A stretch of 64,000 bases of DNA from Mytilus edulis (Eukaryota). The position numbers and the translations under genes are program-made. Shown one piece after another: positions 13,905-27,900 of this stretch (position 1 is the first letter of the stretch; the number at the start of each line of letters is the position of its first letter). The stretch spans positions 66,650,001 through 66,714,000 of the forward strand of contig NC_092347.1 in the NCBI RefSeq assembly GCF_963676685.1. Direction: 5' to 3'. The notes below the pieces were generated by a model. It was not told where the DNA came from, made no database searches, and saw only the letters and a list, made by a program, of their open reading frames with translations.

Positions 13905-14537
13905 GGATATTATTGTCTCTTGGGGACACAAATGATGCCCCTGCAGATGCAAAGTGTTATTTCAAAATGCACAAAGTTGAGCATGGGAGCACATAGGTCT
14001 ATGGTTCACTGTAGGTGTAATCAGGAAATGTTATTTGATGTATATACTCCAAAACATGACAAACTATCTCCCAAAAGAGCACACATAAACCCTGAACACA
14101 TGCACACCTACAATATATGTACAAACGACCAGGCAAGTGAAAACTTTCTTGCATAAAAACTGCATGAGGAGTTATCTGTAAAATCTATAACCATGATAGG
14201 ACAGATGGACAGGAGGACAGACAGATGGACAGGAGGACAGACAGATGGACAGGAGGACAAACAGTTGGACAGAGGACAGACAGATGGACAGGAGGACAGA
14301 CAGATGGACAGTAGGACAGACAGATGGACAGGAGGACAGACAGATGGACAGGAGGACAAACAGTTGGACAGAGGACAGACAGATGGACAGGAGGACAGAC
14401 AGATGGACAGTAGGACAGACAGATGGACAGGAGGACAGACAGATGGACAGGAGGACAGACAGACAGATGGACAGGAGGACAGACAGATGGACAGATGTGA
14501 AACAATGTCTCCAATTTTCAGTTGTCGGGGCATAAAA
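13905..14537 (-). mobile_element. Helentron-type non-autonomous element (HINE/pearl-like) with expanded 20-bp minisatellite
   Basis: atgcccc subterminal motif, (ggacaggaggacagacagat)n array 14199-14495, terminal aatgtctcc...ggggcataaaa hairpin. Confidence 0.65.
14199..14495. repeat. GGACA/GACA-based minisatellite, ~20-bp unit
   Basis: Directly visible; explains four overlapping low-complexity ORFs. Confidence 0.95.
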
Positions 14538-15712
14538 ATCAAAATAAAAGTAATATTCATTTTATTCAACAGGAAGAAGCACATAAAAATACAGGTAATA
14601 TCACAGCAAATTTGAAAATACTGATCAGAAATCATACAAAAATAAATTAGGTTTTATCACAGCTATGTATAAGCAAAATACTGAATGATTGTAAAAATGT
14701 TGTCAACTTACACAGAGAGCAAACACGAAAATAAAACCATCAAGTTCATGTATAAAAAGTATCCAAAACATGTCTCAATGTTTTTCTCAATATTTTAGGA
14801 GTTAGTGTAGAAATATATTAGTTTCTTGGATGTTTCTTTATGGAAATTTAAAGTAATTTTTCAACAGTACTAAAATTTATTTGACAAATGAAGGTACCAT
14901 GTGGTTTATATATTAATGTATTACCAAATATTTGAATACAAATATTATTTTAAAAAAAAATTAATATATATGGCACCATATAGTATTTCGTCTAAAAATA
15001 ATTAGAGTGAATTATACCATGGCTGAATGTTCCTATATTCTAAAGTACACAAACTTTGGTAGTCCACAAATAAAATAATGAATCTATTGTACTGTGTAAA
15101 AACTTGAAAATTTATGAAATTACAATACAAGTTGTCTCATTATATGAGCAGCTGTATACCACCAAGTATCAAAGATTTGTGAAAAACCTATCTGTAGACG
15201 AATGCAACATACAAAAAAAATATTTGTGTGTAAATGAATATTGTTTCATGAATGGCCATTCAATAAATAAATTCAAAAAATATCTTAAATTTGAAAAATA
15301 TAACATCAAAAGATCAAATAATTTAAGAAAACAATTGTTTTCTATTTTAAAATAAAACCAATAAACTGCAATCTGAATACATGAAATTGAGTGCAAAAAG
15401 TTAATAAATATTAGATATTTTCACAAAACAAAACAAAATAAAGGTGTTGACTTTATATGTAGCAAAAAAGTGTATATAATTATTGTGATGTGCAACACAG
15501 ATTCGTTTTGTTGTTATATAATAAAATAACAAGACTGTAGGTAATATAATAACAACAATTATATAAATGCAAACATTATCACAAGATTTTAATACTTAAC
15601 AAAACAACATCATTCATCTTCATTCGAAATAATTAACTAGAAACACAGACCATTTGGTTGGAGTAAGTAAGTTATGTAAACAAAAGTGTAATTGAATTTC
15701 AATTCTTATATA

Positions 15713-15890
15713 CAGTGAACCCTGATTAAACCGAACCCTGAATAAACCGGAAACCTGTCTAATCCAAACTTGTTCTGAAGACCAATCATATCACATGTTA
15801 TGCATTGTGAACCTGATGAAACAGAATACCTGCCAAAACCGAACGAAATCTCGAAGTCCCGAAAGGGTTGGGTTTAGTCAGGTTTCACTG
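15713..15890. mobile_element. Tc1/mariner-type MITE (TA TSD)
   Basis: ta|cagtgaaccctgattaaaccgaaccc ... gggttgggtttagtcaggtttcactg|ta. Confidence 0.85.
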
Positions 15891-17612
15891 TATACTGTTC
15901 CTTTAAATATTTTTACATAAACAATAAATATGATCATAAAGGAAAAATAATGATTACCTAGATTGAAATGATTTTGATATTGATTTCTTTAATTTGTATT
16001 CATTACAATTCTCAAAAATAAGCTTTATCAAAAAATAAGATGGGATATGTTTTGGTTCTGTTTTTCCACCAATTCTTGTACTGTATTATCATCTATCTGA
16101 CAGTTTAAATTCACAAATCAAAGTTACCTATTTTCAAAATAGTAAACCATTTCTTTTGTCAATCAGTATATATTTCAAAAATCAAAAACTATCAATTTAA
16201 AACAATAATTTAAACAGATATTAAACCCAGAAACATAAAATATCCCACCCCCTTTTTTTAAATAATAAGTTAGAAATAGAAACTCCTCAACTTATTAAGA
16301 CAGTTTGATAGAATTTATTTCTGTAGCTTTTATTTTTCAAGTACAGCCTGACATGAATTCTGTTTGTCACTTCTCTAATTTAAAGATTTCAGCTGCGTCA
16401 ATAATTTAAATAATTCAAGAGGGGAAAAAACATCCTTGACAGTTAAAGTAGAGTGCAGTAATTAAATTGGAGTGTAAGACCACTTGAAATCTAACTTTCA
16501 GAGAAACAATTAAATAAAAGTACAATTAAATTAGTTTAAAAAGTGCTTATGTTTGTATAAATAAAAATAGTGTGTATGGGAATAATGAAATTTGCTTTCT
16601 CAGACAGAAATATTTTGAAATAAAAGGGCAAAGTTTCATATATAGAGAAGCAATCTCTATTTAAAGGGACATGAAATCGTTGTGATAATTTCAATAGCAC
16701 GTTAAGTACGGTATCTGGTAGAAACTGATTGAATTGTCAAGTAACTCAATTGTTTCTGGTAGTAATCACTTTTTTAGTATATAACAACAAAGAAGTATGC
16801 ACAATTAGATGTGCTCTCTGATTTTCGCCCACAAGATGAACAATCTGCACCGTGTAAATTGACAAAAGTATTGTTACGGAGATAATAAGATTATGTTAAT
16901 CATAACAGTGCTTAAGAGAGATGACACCAGATGACATCCATTTTTTTTCATCGTAGAACTGTGATATCATCCATCATCTATTATTGATTTGGGTTCCCTG
17001 TGGACTAGAAATTATGGTATAATAATAACATAATCAATGTTCTTCAGTAAAAATATTATCTTCAATATAAAACATATTTTTTACTCTCTTATAATTTTTT
17101 TTTACATTCGTTTTCTTTTCAATTTAACCACTACTATCCAGGGTGAAAAATTATATTTGTAAATTAGCCAACAGGGAAATTATAAGAAGAAAAAAATTTC
17201 CATCCATCACTATGTTTTGTAAGATCGTGAGAATTGATGATAAATCACCAGGTCAAATTTGTTCTTCTGTTTCTAATGGAGGACAAAATATTATCCCATG
17301 AAAAACAAACAGGCTGTTGTTAAATCCTACTTCTAACTGAAAGGATAAATATTGTGATAACAACAAAACCTAAATATGTCCTAAGTTAGTAAATTCTACA
17401 ATACCAGGTAGAATTAGTTGTCTTTTAAGAGACAACAGTTTTTGACAATCAATTGTATGAATGGGAATGGAATGGGAGTTTCAAATTGACATCACTTATG
17501 CAAAAAAAAACAAAAAACATTTTAATCCACTCATACACACAACATGAAATGTAATTTAGCTTTCAAATTTGAAAACTTATCTTGTAATAGAGTAAAGTTA
17601 TCATAAAAAATG

Positions 17613-17648
17613 CATACATACATACATACATACATATAAACATACATA
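17613..17648. repeat. (CATA)n microsatellite
   Basis: Directly visible. Confidence 0.9.
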
Positions 17649-18913
17649 GACGTTAAGATCAAACATGAAAAAAAATGATTGAAATAAAATATAAATAAAA
17701 GAAAGAAATATAAAAAAATAATAATGAAATAAATAGATATGTAAGGAATGATTCGAAAACTTTCCATCAAAACAAAATATCTAATCTGAGTGGCAACAAA
17801 GATTTAACCCTGTAGTATCAGTCAAACAGAACTGCATTTAAATAATACTTTTAAAAACAATAAAGGACTATGACAATGTAAAAATATAAGGTCTGAATAA
17901 CTGCACATGGTTTTTATATAATTCATATGAAAAGAAAAGAAAAAAAACTAAGTTGGAAATATTCCAACTTTTTATAATACAAAAAACAGTTTGTGCAAAA
18001 GGGTTATAAATGATTGTTAACTTTTTTTTATTTACAATGTAAAGCAATTTAGAAAGTGACTAGTCAATAACAAAAATAAACATATTTGATCACAACAACA
18101 TGGTGTCATATCACAGCTTAAAATGTGCAAAAAGACAACACACAAGCACTTTGAGCAAAACCTGGCAGTCACTTAACACAGTACATCTCGTCATATTCTA
18201 CACTATAAATTAAATGCTGAAATCAAATTTTATTTTTGCATTAAAAAAGTTTCTAAATATATCTTCTGCATACATTTTTAGATTCAAATTCAAAGAGGGG
18301 GCAACACAGGAATGTTCATTTCCAAAACTATTTTCTAGGTTATTTTTTCCAACTTCTCCCTTCTGTTTCCCAGATCCCACCTTATTCTACCCCCTTTATC
18401 TCACATCCCCCACAAATTTCACCCATAATATCCCACATTCAAAAAGTTTGTCTCCCCTCATTAAATAACTATCAAAATCCTTGTAAATTATTCTATGTTA
18501 TAAAAAACAATATCATAAATTTTCATTATTATTATTATTACTATGTTATAAGAAAGCAACATGCATACATATCTATACAAATGATGGAGGTTTCTCAAAA
18601 ATCAGACTTATTGGTGGCATCAGAATTGTCCCCCTTACACCTTGTTTTCACGCATTTAAAAAAAAATATACTTTGGTTTTACAATTTTGACAATCTCTGC
18701 ACAGAAGTTCACAATAAATTTGTATAAAGTTGAAATTTTATATTTAAGATTTGTTTTTACCCTTGAAATCCACAAGTATGAGTACCTCACAATTAACAAT
18801 TAATCCACAGTACATTTAATTTAGCAATGTTATAACATACACATATGTAGAATTCACTAATCCAGCGATGCTCAGTATCATAATGTAACTGTTATCTGTC
18901 AACATTATCTGTT

Positions 18914-18982
18914 TCATGAAGCAGGAAACAGGAGAGAAAAACTTATATATAGAGGTGTTCTAATCTTGTCCAGCTGTAATAT
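18914..18982 (-). CDS. BTBD16: BTBD16 exon 18, terminal coding exon (ILQLDKIRTPLYISFSLLFPAS*)
   Basis: tttttag acceptor, phase 0; ends FPAS-TGA like vertebrate BTBD16. Confidence 0.94.
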   Translation of the reverse strand: MLQLDKIRTPLYISFSLLFPAS

Positions 18983-21900
18983 CTAAAAATAGATAAATTT
19001 GCATAAAATAAAAACATTTATTATCAGGGGCAGATCCAGCCTTTTTAAAAAGGGGGGGGGGGGGGGGGGGGGGGGGGTGTTCCTAGCCCAGGACAAAGGG
19101 GGAGATCCAACTTCAGGTCCCCATTCAAATGCATTGATCGGCCAAAAAAAAGAGGAGGTTCCAACCCCCGGAACCCCCCCCCTCTGGATCCGCGCCTGAT
19201 TATATACTTAAAAGTAATAATGCAAGTAAATTGTATGTGTAATACATTTGATTAGTGGGTGCCCCTGCATACCAATTTGAAGTAACTGTATTATACCAAA
19301 GTCAATGCAGGACTTTCTTTGAGATATTTTTGTGTCCAGGAGACACAATTGATGCCACTGTTCCTGTTATGCAAGTAAATACTAAACTAGAGGCTCTAAA
19401 GAGCCTGTGTCGCTCACCTTGGTCTATGTGCATATTAAACAAAGGACACAAATGGATTCATGACAAAATTGTATTTTGGTGATGGTGATGTGTTTGAAGT
19501 TCTTACTTTACTGAACATTCTTGCTTCTTACAATTATATCTATAATGAACTTTGCCCATTAGTAACAGAGAAAAATATTTGGTAAAAATTTACATAAATT
19601 TACCAAATTAATGAAAATTGTTAAAAATTGACTATAAAGGGCAATAACTCCTTAAGGGGTCAATTGACCATTTAGGTCATGTGGACTTATTTGTAGATCT
19701 TACTTTGATGAACATTATCGCTGTTTACAGTTTATTGCTATCTATAATAGTATTCAAGATAATAACCAAAAACAGCAAAATTTCTTTAAAAATTACCAAT
19801 TGGAGGGCAGCAACCCAACAACCGGATGTCCAATTCATTTGAATATTTCAGGGCAGATATATATTGACTTGATTAACAATTTAACTCCTTGTCAGATTTC
19901 CTCTAAATGATTTGGGTTTCAGAGTTATAAGCAAAAAACTACATTTTACCCCTGTTCTATTTTTAGCCGTGGTGGCCATCTTGGTTGGATGGCCAGGTCA
20001 TCGGACACATTTTTCAAACAAGGTACCTCAAAGATGATTGTGGCCAAGTTTGAATTAATTTGGCCCAGTAGTTTCAGAGGAGAAGATTTTTGTAAAAGAT
20101 AACTAAGATTTACGAAAAATGGTTAAAAATTGACTATAAAGGGCAATAACTCCTAAAGGGGTCAACTGACCATTTCGGTCATGTTGACTTATTTGTAAAT
20201 CTTACTTTGATGAACATTATTGCTGTTTACAGTTTATCTCTATCTATAATAATATTCAAGATAATAACCAAAAACCGCAAAATTTCCTCAAAATGACCAA
20301 TTCAGGGGCAGCAACCCAACAACGGGTTGACCGATTCATCTGAAAATTTCAGGGCAGATAGATCTTGACCTGATAAACATTTTTACTTCATGTCAGATTT
20401 CCTCTAAATGTTTTGGTTTTTGAGTTATCAGCCAAAAACTGCATTTTACCCCTATGTTCTATTTTTAGCTGTGGCGGCCATCTTGGTTGGTTGACCGGGT
20501 CACGCCACACATTTTTTAAACTAGATACCCCAAAGATGATTGTGGCCAACTTTGGATTAATTTGGCCCATTAGTTTCAGAGGAGAAGATTTTTGTAAAAG
20601 ATTACTTAGATTTACGAAAAATGGTTAAAAATTGACTATAAAGGGCAATAACTCCTTAAGGGGTCAACTGACCATTTCGGTCATGTTGACTTATTTGTAA
20701 ATCTAACTTTGCTGAACATTATTCCTGATTACAGTTTATCTCTATCTATAATAATATTCAAGATAATAAAAGTTAACGACGACGGACGCAAAGTGATGGG
20801 AAAAGCTCACTTGGCCCTTCGGGCCAGGTGAGCTAAAAAATGACAAAGTTCAGCAACTCCCAAAAAGGCAAATATTAATAAAAATCAAAGCTCTGACCAC
20901 ATGCACACCTTCAATATATGTACAAACAGGATTCAAACTGTAGGAGGAGTTGTGCCGAATAACTATATACCCATAATGGGGTGGAAGGAGAGAATGACAG
21001 GGGTAAAACAATATGCCCCCCCCCCCCCAACATTTAGTATAACCATAATGGGTTATCATTTACAATATGTCTCGTGAAAATTACTTAAGACTAACAGAGA
21101 TTTATATAGTTGTACTTGAGATACATGTATATAATAAAGTGTATATGATATAAATATATGAAGATTTTTTTAAGGTTTTCTTTTCACTAATACCAGTTAT
21201 TAAACCCTTTAACATTTTTTTTATCCCAGCTTCTCTGATGAGTCTATTGTAGAAAAACTGCGCCTGTGTACAAAACTAAATGCTTGGTATCTTTTATGAG
21301 GTTTTTTTTGCAATTCAAATATTTTTTCCGAAAGCTGCTTGAATAAGCACCAGACTATTAAGAAAAAATTCTTATGGTTGAAAACACAAATTTAACACAG
21401 TTTGTGTAACAAGTAACTGATGTGAAAGATGTATATAAAAAATGAAAAGAATCTCCCCAACAAGCTTTTTTCTTACAATATATAAAAGACAATGCTTAAT
21501 AAATATCATTCAACTCCTTCTTTTAAAAACAGAAAAAAATCTAATTCAGAATAAATGTTAAATTAGTTCAACTTAAAATATCTTTTAAGTTTATTCAATA
21601 AAATTTTCAGCTAAATTGTTGTTCAGAAATAAACGTACAACAGTATCATTCATTACAAAGGAACTAACTTGATTAAAAAATTACCCAAGTATATAGTAAG
21701 ACAGACTTGAAGACGATTTTAACCTAGTATGTAATGATAGCTTGTTCATTTCCTGAAGGAAGACAGGTTTTGTCATGGGGGATTCTCTCCAAAGAATAAA
21801 ATTTAATTTGTATTTGGCGAACAAATCCATTTCTGTCTGCGTAACATAAATCATCGAAGTGAAATATGATTATTCACTTTTCTCACACTTTCATTCTTCT

Positions 21901-24900
21901 CGCAAGAGAACTATTAAATAAGGAACTTTTACTATGTCTGGTTTCTTGAAAGACTTTTTTTTTTTTTTATAAAATATGACCTAAGATAGATAATCTGTGC
22001 TCTTCTGTTCAGACGGACTTGTAAATTTACATGGTGGAAGAAAGACAACCTATTACCATAAAACATAAAACCACCAAACCTTCAACTGTAAATCTTGAAA
22101 TTATATATGATCTTTTGACAATATATTAACTTTGGGCAATTTCAAAGAAAGCTAATTAATGGCAATAAGTACACATGAATATCAGAATCATGGATTATTA
22201 TGGCTGCTAATTATGAATTAAGTAACACAAATGTACAGAAGGTAAAATAACATAATGAAAATGGCCAAAAAAATAAACCAATGTATTATTTATTCATAAA
22301 AAAATCTGTTTACTAGTGCATAAAAAAAATCTTCTTCTTAATGGTAAAACCTAATAATGATTTTTTTATTTTTTTTATCTGAAATTCATTGTTTTTTTCT
22401 TCCATAACAGCAGACAACCAACATAATAACAGCTATTCAACCTCATAATTTTCAATAATTAAAACTAGTCCATAGAATAGGATTTTTTTATTCATTGGGC
22501 AGGTTTATTTTAACAGATGATTAGGTTACATAAACATCAGTAGAAAACATAAAATATGATCAGACACAGAAACTTACCTCACTTTTCCCTACTTTCTCGC
22601 CTAATCCAAACTTTTGTGATACTATCCCTGTTGTTTTTAAGTCATCCCCTGAGTCTTGTACCATTATACAGTATCTAACTTCGCGATCAGTCCTTATTGA
22701 AAATGTGTGACGCTCACATTGGCGGAAACTTAAAATTGGGTCTCCAGGTTTTAATCTCTGAAAAAATATTATTCATTCAAAATTAACATATTCAATGAGC
22801 CTACATTTCACTACATATAACTTATCATTTTATCTCTAAATATTGTCAATTACTTCAAACTAGAGGCTCTAAAGAGTCTGTGTCGCTCACCTGTATTTAA
22901 ATAAGGTTAAAATCATGATTTATAGTACAAGATATCATTAGATACTATAATAATATCTAAGATAAAAGCAAAAAACTGCAAAATTTCAATAAAATTAGTA
23001 ACTCAGTGGCAGCAACCCAACAACTGGTTGTTGGATTTGTCTGAAAATTTCAGGGCAAACATATCTAAATCTGATGATCATTTTTGCCATCAGTCAGATT
23101 TGCTCTAAATGCTAGTTTCAGAGATATAAACCAAAAACTGCATTTTACTCTATGTACTATTTTTAGCCATGTCTGCCATCTTGGTTCACGGGCAGGGTCA
23201 TCTGACACATTTTTTAAACTAGAAACTCATATGATGATTGTGGACAAGTTTGGTAACATTTTGTCTTTGTAGTTTCAGGAGAAGATTTTTGTATAAGATT
23301 ACAAAAATTTGAGAAAAATTGGTAAAATTGACTATAAAGGGCAACAACTCCTGAAGGGGTCAACTGAGCATTTTGGTCATTTGACTTATTTGTAGATCTT
23401 ACTTTGCTGAACATTATTGCTGTTTACAGTTTATCTCTTAAACCTAGAGTTGTAATAAATTGTTCAACCACCATTCAGGAGGAGTTAATCAACGACAGTG
23501 TGAAGAAAGATTTGTAATAAACATTACAATGATATTTAATTCAACAGTATTTTCATTTCTTCTTTCAATACACAACAAATACACATTTATCATTCAACAG
23601 CCAAAACAATGCATTGGATGGTCAATATAATGTAGTTGACAGTTCAAAAGCTTAATTCAGAATGCCATGTTTATCTACAGGCTCTATTTATGTATTTTGG
23701 CACTAACTATGACGTAAACATCTAATCTTCCAATCAAAAGCAACGTTTCTTACGTCTTTTGGCTAGTAGCGTTTAGAAAGACAAACACATTTTGTTATTC
23801 TTAAATAAAGAAAATTTATTAAGTTGTCCTAACTTTGTCCTTCTTTTCCGAATTATGTTTAAAAGCGTAAAAAACTAAACGCACATTTCTACATAATGCT
23901 ATTTTTAAACGGACAGTAAATTCCTTTCTCGATATGGCGTATTCACATAACCTTACACATTCGATATAATGCTTAAATGAGATCAATGAAAACCCTGTTC
24001 TATCATAAATATAGACAATGTTAATGAAAAGGGAGGCACAAACATAATAAATACGCAGTTTATCTGCATTGATAAAGTGTTAACTTAAACAAATAATAAT
24101 ATGAGATCCCAAAGTGAAAGTATAAAACGGTGTCATGGCACATGTAAACAAGTTGAATCTCACGACAAGGTTTGTCAAAATAAACCACTATATGACAGGA
24201 AAATCAAAGTATTTCATAGGTAACCATTATCAAGATATGCATATAAAACCGGCCCTTACCGCTTGCAAAGTACAAATGGTTTAAATCATGAGTATGAAAG
24301 TCGATGCATTTATCAGTGTTTGTGCACTCCTGAGAACTTGACCACCCAGCAATATTCCAATAAATATATGTTATATACAATAAATAATAGGTTAAATAAT
24401 AACAATTATCAGTTCAGAATTGTCACAATAATATTCAAGATAATAACCAAAAAAGGCAAAATTTCCTTAAAATTACCCATTAAGGGGTAGCAATCAAACA
24501 ACCGGTTGTCCGATTCATCTGAAAATTTCAGGACAGATACATGTAGATGTTCACTTGATAAACAATTTTAACCCATGTCAGATTTGCTCTAAATACTTAA
24601 TGTATATCAAATTTTGGCCAGTGTGATAGAAAATGATTTTTTTTTATCATGTAAGGTTAACAATGTTGAAACATCAGAAACATGATGTGTTTTTTTAAAA
24701 ATGTTAATACAACCACAACATCTTTGTTGGGTAAATTTTCTGTATGAATATCTTTGGTCAAGAAAAACAAATAATGCAATGTATATACAACAAGTGGAAC
24801 TGCGAGCTACTGCTCACTGATGATACCCCCTCCACAAGTGGATAATATTAATTGTGTAAAAATATGCAAGTGTTCGGTAAACAGGAAGTTGTCGAGTGAT

Positions 24901-27900
24901 GAATCAGAAAAAAAATCACACGGTATAGCTGACTTATATTAACCCTTAAACCAAATTTCAGAAATCCTTGTATTGTAGTTCCTGAGAAAAATGTGACGAA
25001 AAATTTTCAACTTGGCTATCATGTGTAAAATCAAACAAGTGTTCGGTAAACAGGAAGTTGTTGAGTGATGAATCTGAAAACGCATCACACAGTATAGCTG
25101 ACTTATATCAAGCCTGAAACCGAATTTCAGAAATCCTGGTAGTGTAGTTCCTGAGAAAAATGTGACGAAAAATATTCATGGGACAGACGGACTGACTGAC
25201 AGACTGACGGACTGACGGACTGATGGAAGGACAGACAGAGGTAAAACAGTATACCCCCCTTTTTTTCAAAGCGGGGGTATAAAAATGTTCTATACAATTT
25301 ATAGATGTTCAGTCTGGTGGTCAGTAAAATTGTCATTTATAATCTAAACTTATTACTCACTGGACATTCACGTTGGTTCAAATCAACTAAATATTTTCAG
25401 AGAAGGATTTATAAATATGGATAAAAGTAGATGTGGGGTATAAATATAAAGGAGATGGCAACCACAAACACACTCATACCTAGAGGCCGACCAAATATAT
25501 ATCTAAAGACAGATCCCAAGGGATACATTTTGTATAAAGCGCTCACACATATGACTATTTGGGAAGAGAAAGGAATAATCATTAAAATTTAACCATGTCA
25601 TATACTTACATAAGCTTAAGTGACATAAATGCGAACCATTTTTCTTCTTTCACGTAACTTAAAAAACACACTTTAGCTTGAAAAGATATGTAACATTACA
25701 TCAGCAAACTAGCTTTACTAATAATATATACTATTACTGTGGATTCATTAATATTCGTTGGATACCAATTTTCGTGGAATTCATGGGTACAGGAGAACCA
25801 CGAATTCAAATGTTCAACGAATAACAAATTTTCTAAAGGAATGAGTGAAGACTATGCCAAAACCACGAAATTAAATATCCATGAATATGTAAATTTTCCT
25901 CAAACCACGAAAATTGGTACCCACGAAAATAAATGAATCCACAGTATACTATTATGTGACATATTATAATAAATACTAAAACAAAATACTATTACAATGG
26001 CTGTAAATATACCATTTCATAACTGCATATAAATGCAAAACAATTATGGTTTACAATGACTAAAAATATACCAAGTCATACCTGCATATATATAGATAAT
26101 TGGCCTATAGCATTTCTAGCAGCTTTTAATTCAAAGTGAAATCCATGTATGGACAACACTTCTGAATGATAATGTGGTTCCTACAAATATATAATCATTT
26201 ATACATTAAAGTAAATATTACCAGTTTTATTTTGATTGTTGACATTTTACTTTTCCTGTAAACAAAAAAAGAACAATTCACTGTGTGATCAGATGATAAT
26301 TTACTAGTTGTATCTTGGAAAAATTGCTGTAATCTTAGACCTAGTTCACTGGTGCTTAACAAAACTGGTCCTGAGTACCTGGCAGTGTAACTTTTTATAA
26401 CGGTAACTGTATATTCTAAATCACAAGTGTTACTTTTATTAACAAAGATTCATATGTTTTTTTTCTCGTGTTTGTGGGAAATTTGATTGCTTTATCTTTG
26501 ATAAAATCACTTAAAAAACCTGCAACAAATATTTACTTTCTTCTTATACATTTTCCATCAGTTTCAAACAAAGTTTACACTGCTGCATGCTTGCAAGGAA
26601 TTTCTCTATACAAGAAACTTTTTAAAATAGATGAAACAGTTTATCATTTGAGTTGTCTTTCTTTCCCCAGCAAGAAAATCTAAATACTGGATTATTTTCA
26701 ACACTAATTTTGCTGAAACCCATATTTAGTTTTTGACTGATGGCAACCCCTTACAGAAATAAAGAATAAATCTGCATCATTTTTGCCGCTGAACCTATAT
26801 ATATATTGTTTTCCTAAATTCACTTTTCAACATCATTTCAAATACATGTATCTCTTCCACGAATCATTATGAGATCATGATGTCCTTTCATAAAGAGTAA
26901 ATCAAAACTGTGTATGTCTATTACCTCATCTATAATAAATCCCTGTCTTATAGCTCCTGTGTTGAAATGCTTTAATGCAGACATGTCTCCTCCTCCTTGT
27001 AGCTGAAAAGAGATCGATATGTAATCATTTCTTGAAATAGTATATAAACAAAAAATAATCACTAGCTCATTTCAAATTATTTGGTACACCATAACAGTTA
27101 TTATTTAATATATTTGGAAAACAAAAATGTGTCCCAAGTACACGGATGTCCCACTCGCACTATCATTTTCTATGTTCAGTGGGCCGTGAAATTAGGGTCA
27201 AAACTTTAATTTGGAATTAAAATTAGAAAGATCATATCATAGGAAACATGTGTACTAAGTTTCAAGTTGATTAGACTTCAACTTCTTCAAAAACTACCTT
27301 GACCAAAAACTTTAACCTGAAGCGAACGGACGCACAGACGGACGAACGGACGCACAGACAGACGGACGAACAGACGGACGGACGAACAGACGGACAGACG
27401 AACAGAGGCACAGACCAGAAAACATAATGCCCCTCTACTATCGTAAGTGGGGCATAAAAATTAACTGTCAAGCATATGTTTATCTTTATATCCAGAATTT
27501 CATACCTTTACATATTATCATATACAATGTTAAATTGTCCACCTTAGCATGTTTGATTATATTATCATATCCATTGCACTTTAGCCAAATCAATGTCTAT
27601 ACCAAATCAGGAATATGGCAGTTGTCTTTCCTTTGTTTGGTTTATTTATAGCATTTAATTTTGTCAGTTTTTAATGACTTTCCCTTTATGAATTTGCCTT
27701 GGAGTTCAGATAAATATTAAAAATAGCAAGTACAGAACACAGTTTTAAGAGGAGGATGTGAACAACAACTATAACCATATACAGCAGAATGTGTTGTCGG
27801 AAATGGATTGTCAGGTGACACAATAAAACCTCCATGTATGGTAAACTTACAGCATGGTAATGTTGTGTTAATAAATCTATCAACTGACTTTGTGGTAAGA

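Noticed and set aside
14108-14635. Four overlapping 96-175 aa ORFs (CPSVCPPVHLS / DGQEDRQM repeats)
   Set aside because: Translations of a stop-free minisatellite on both strands; not a gene.
18999-19199. Gly-rich ORF (and the Pro-rich ORF at 44546-44860)
   Set aside because: Translations of poly-G/poly-C tracts inside MITEs.
21680-22100. Candidate terminal exons near 21.7-22.1 kb (FTVEGL..., MIYVTQ...)
   Set aside because: Wrong phase or no homology; the true terminal exon ending FPAS* is at 18982-18914.
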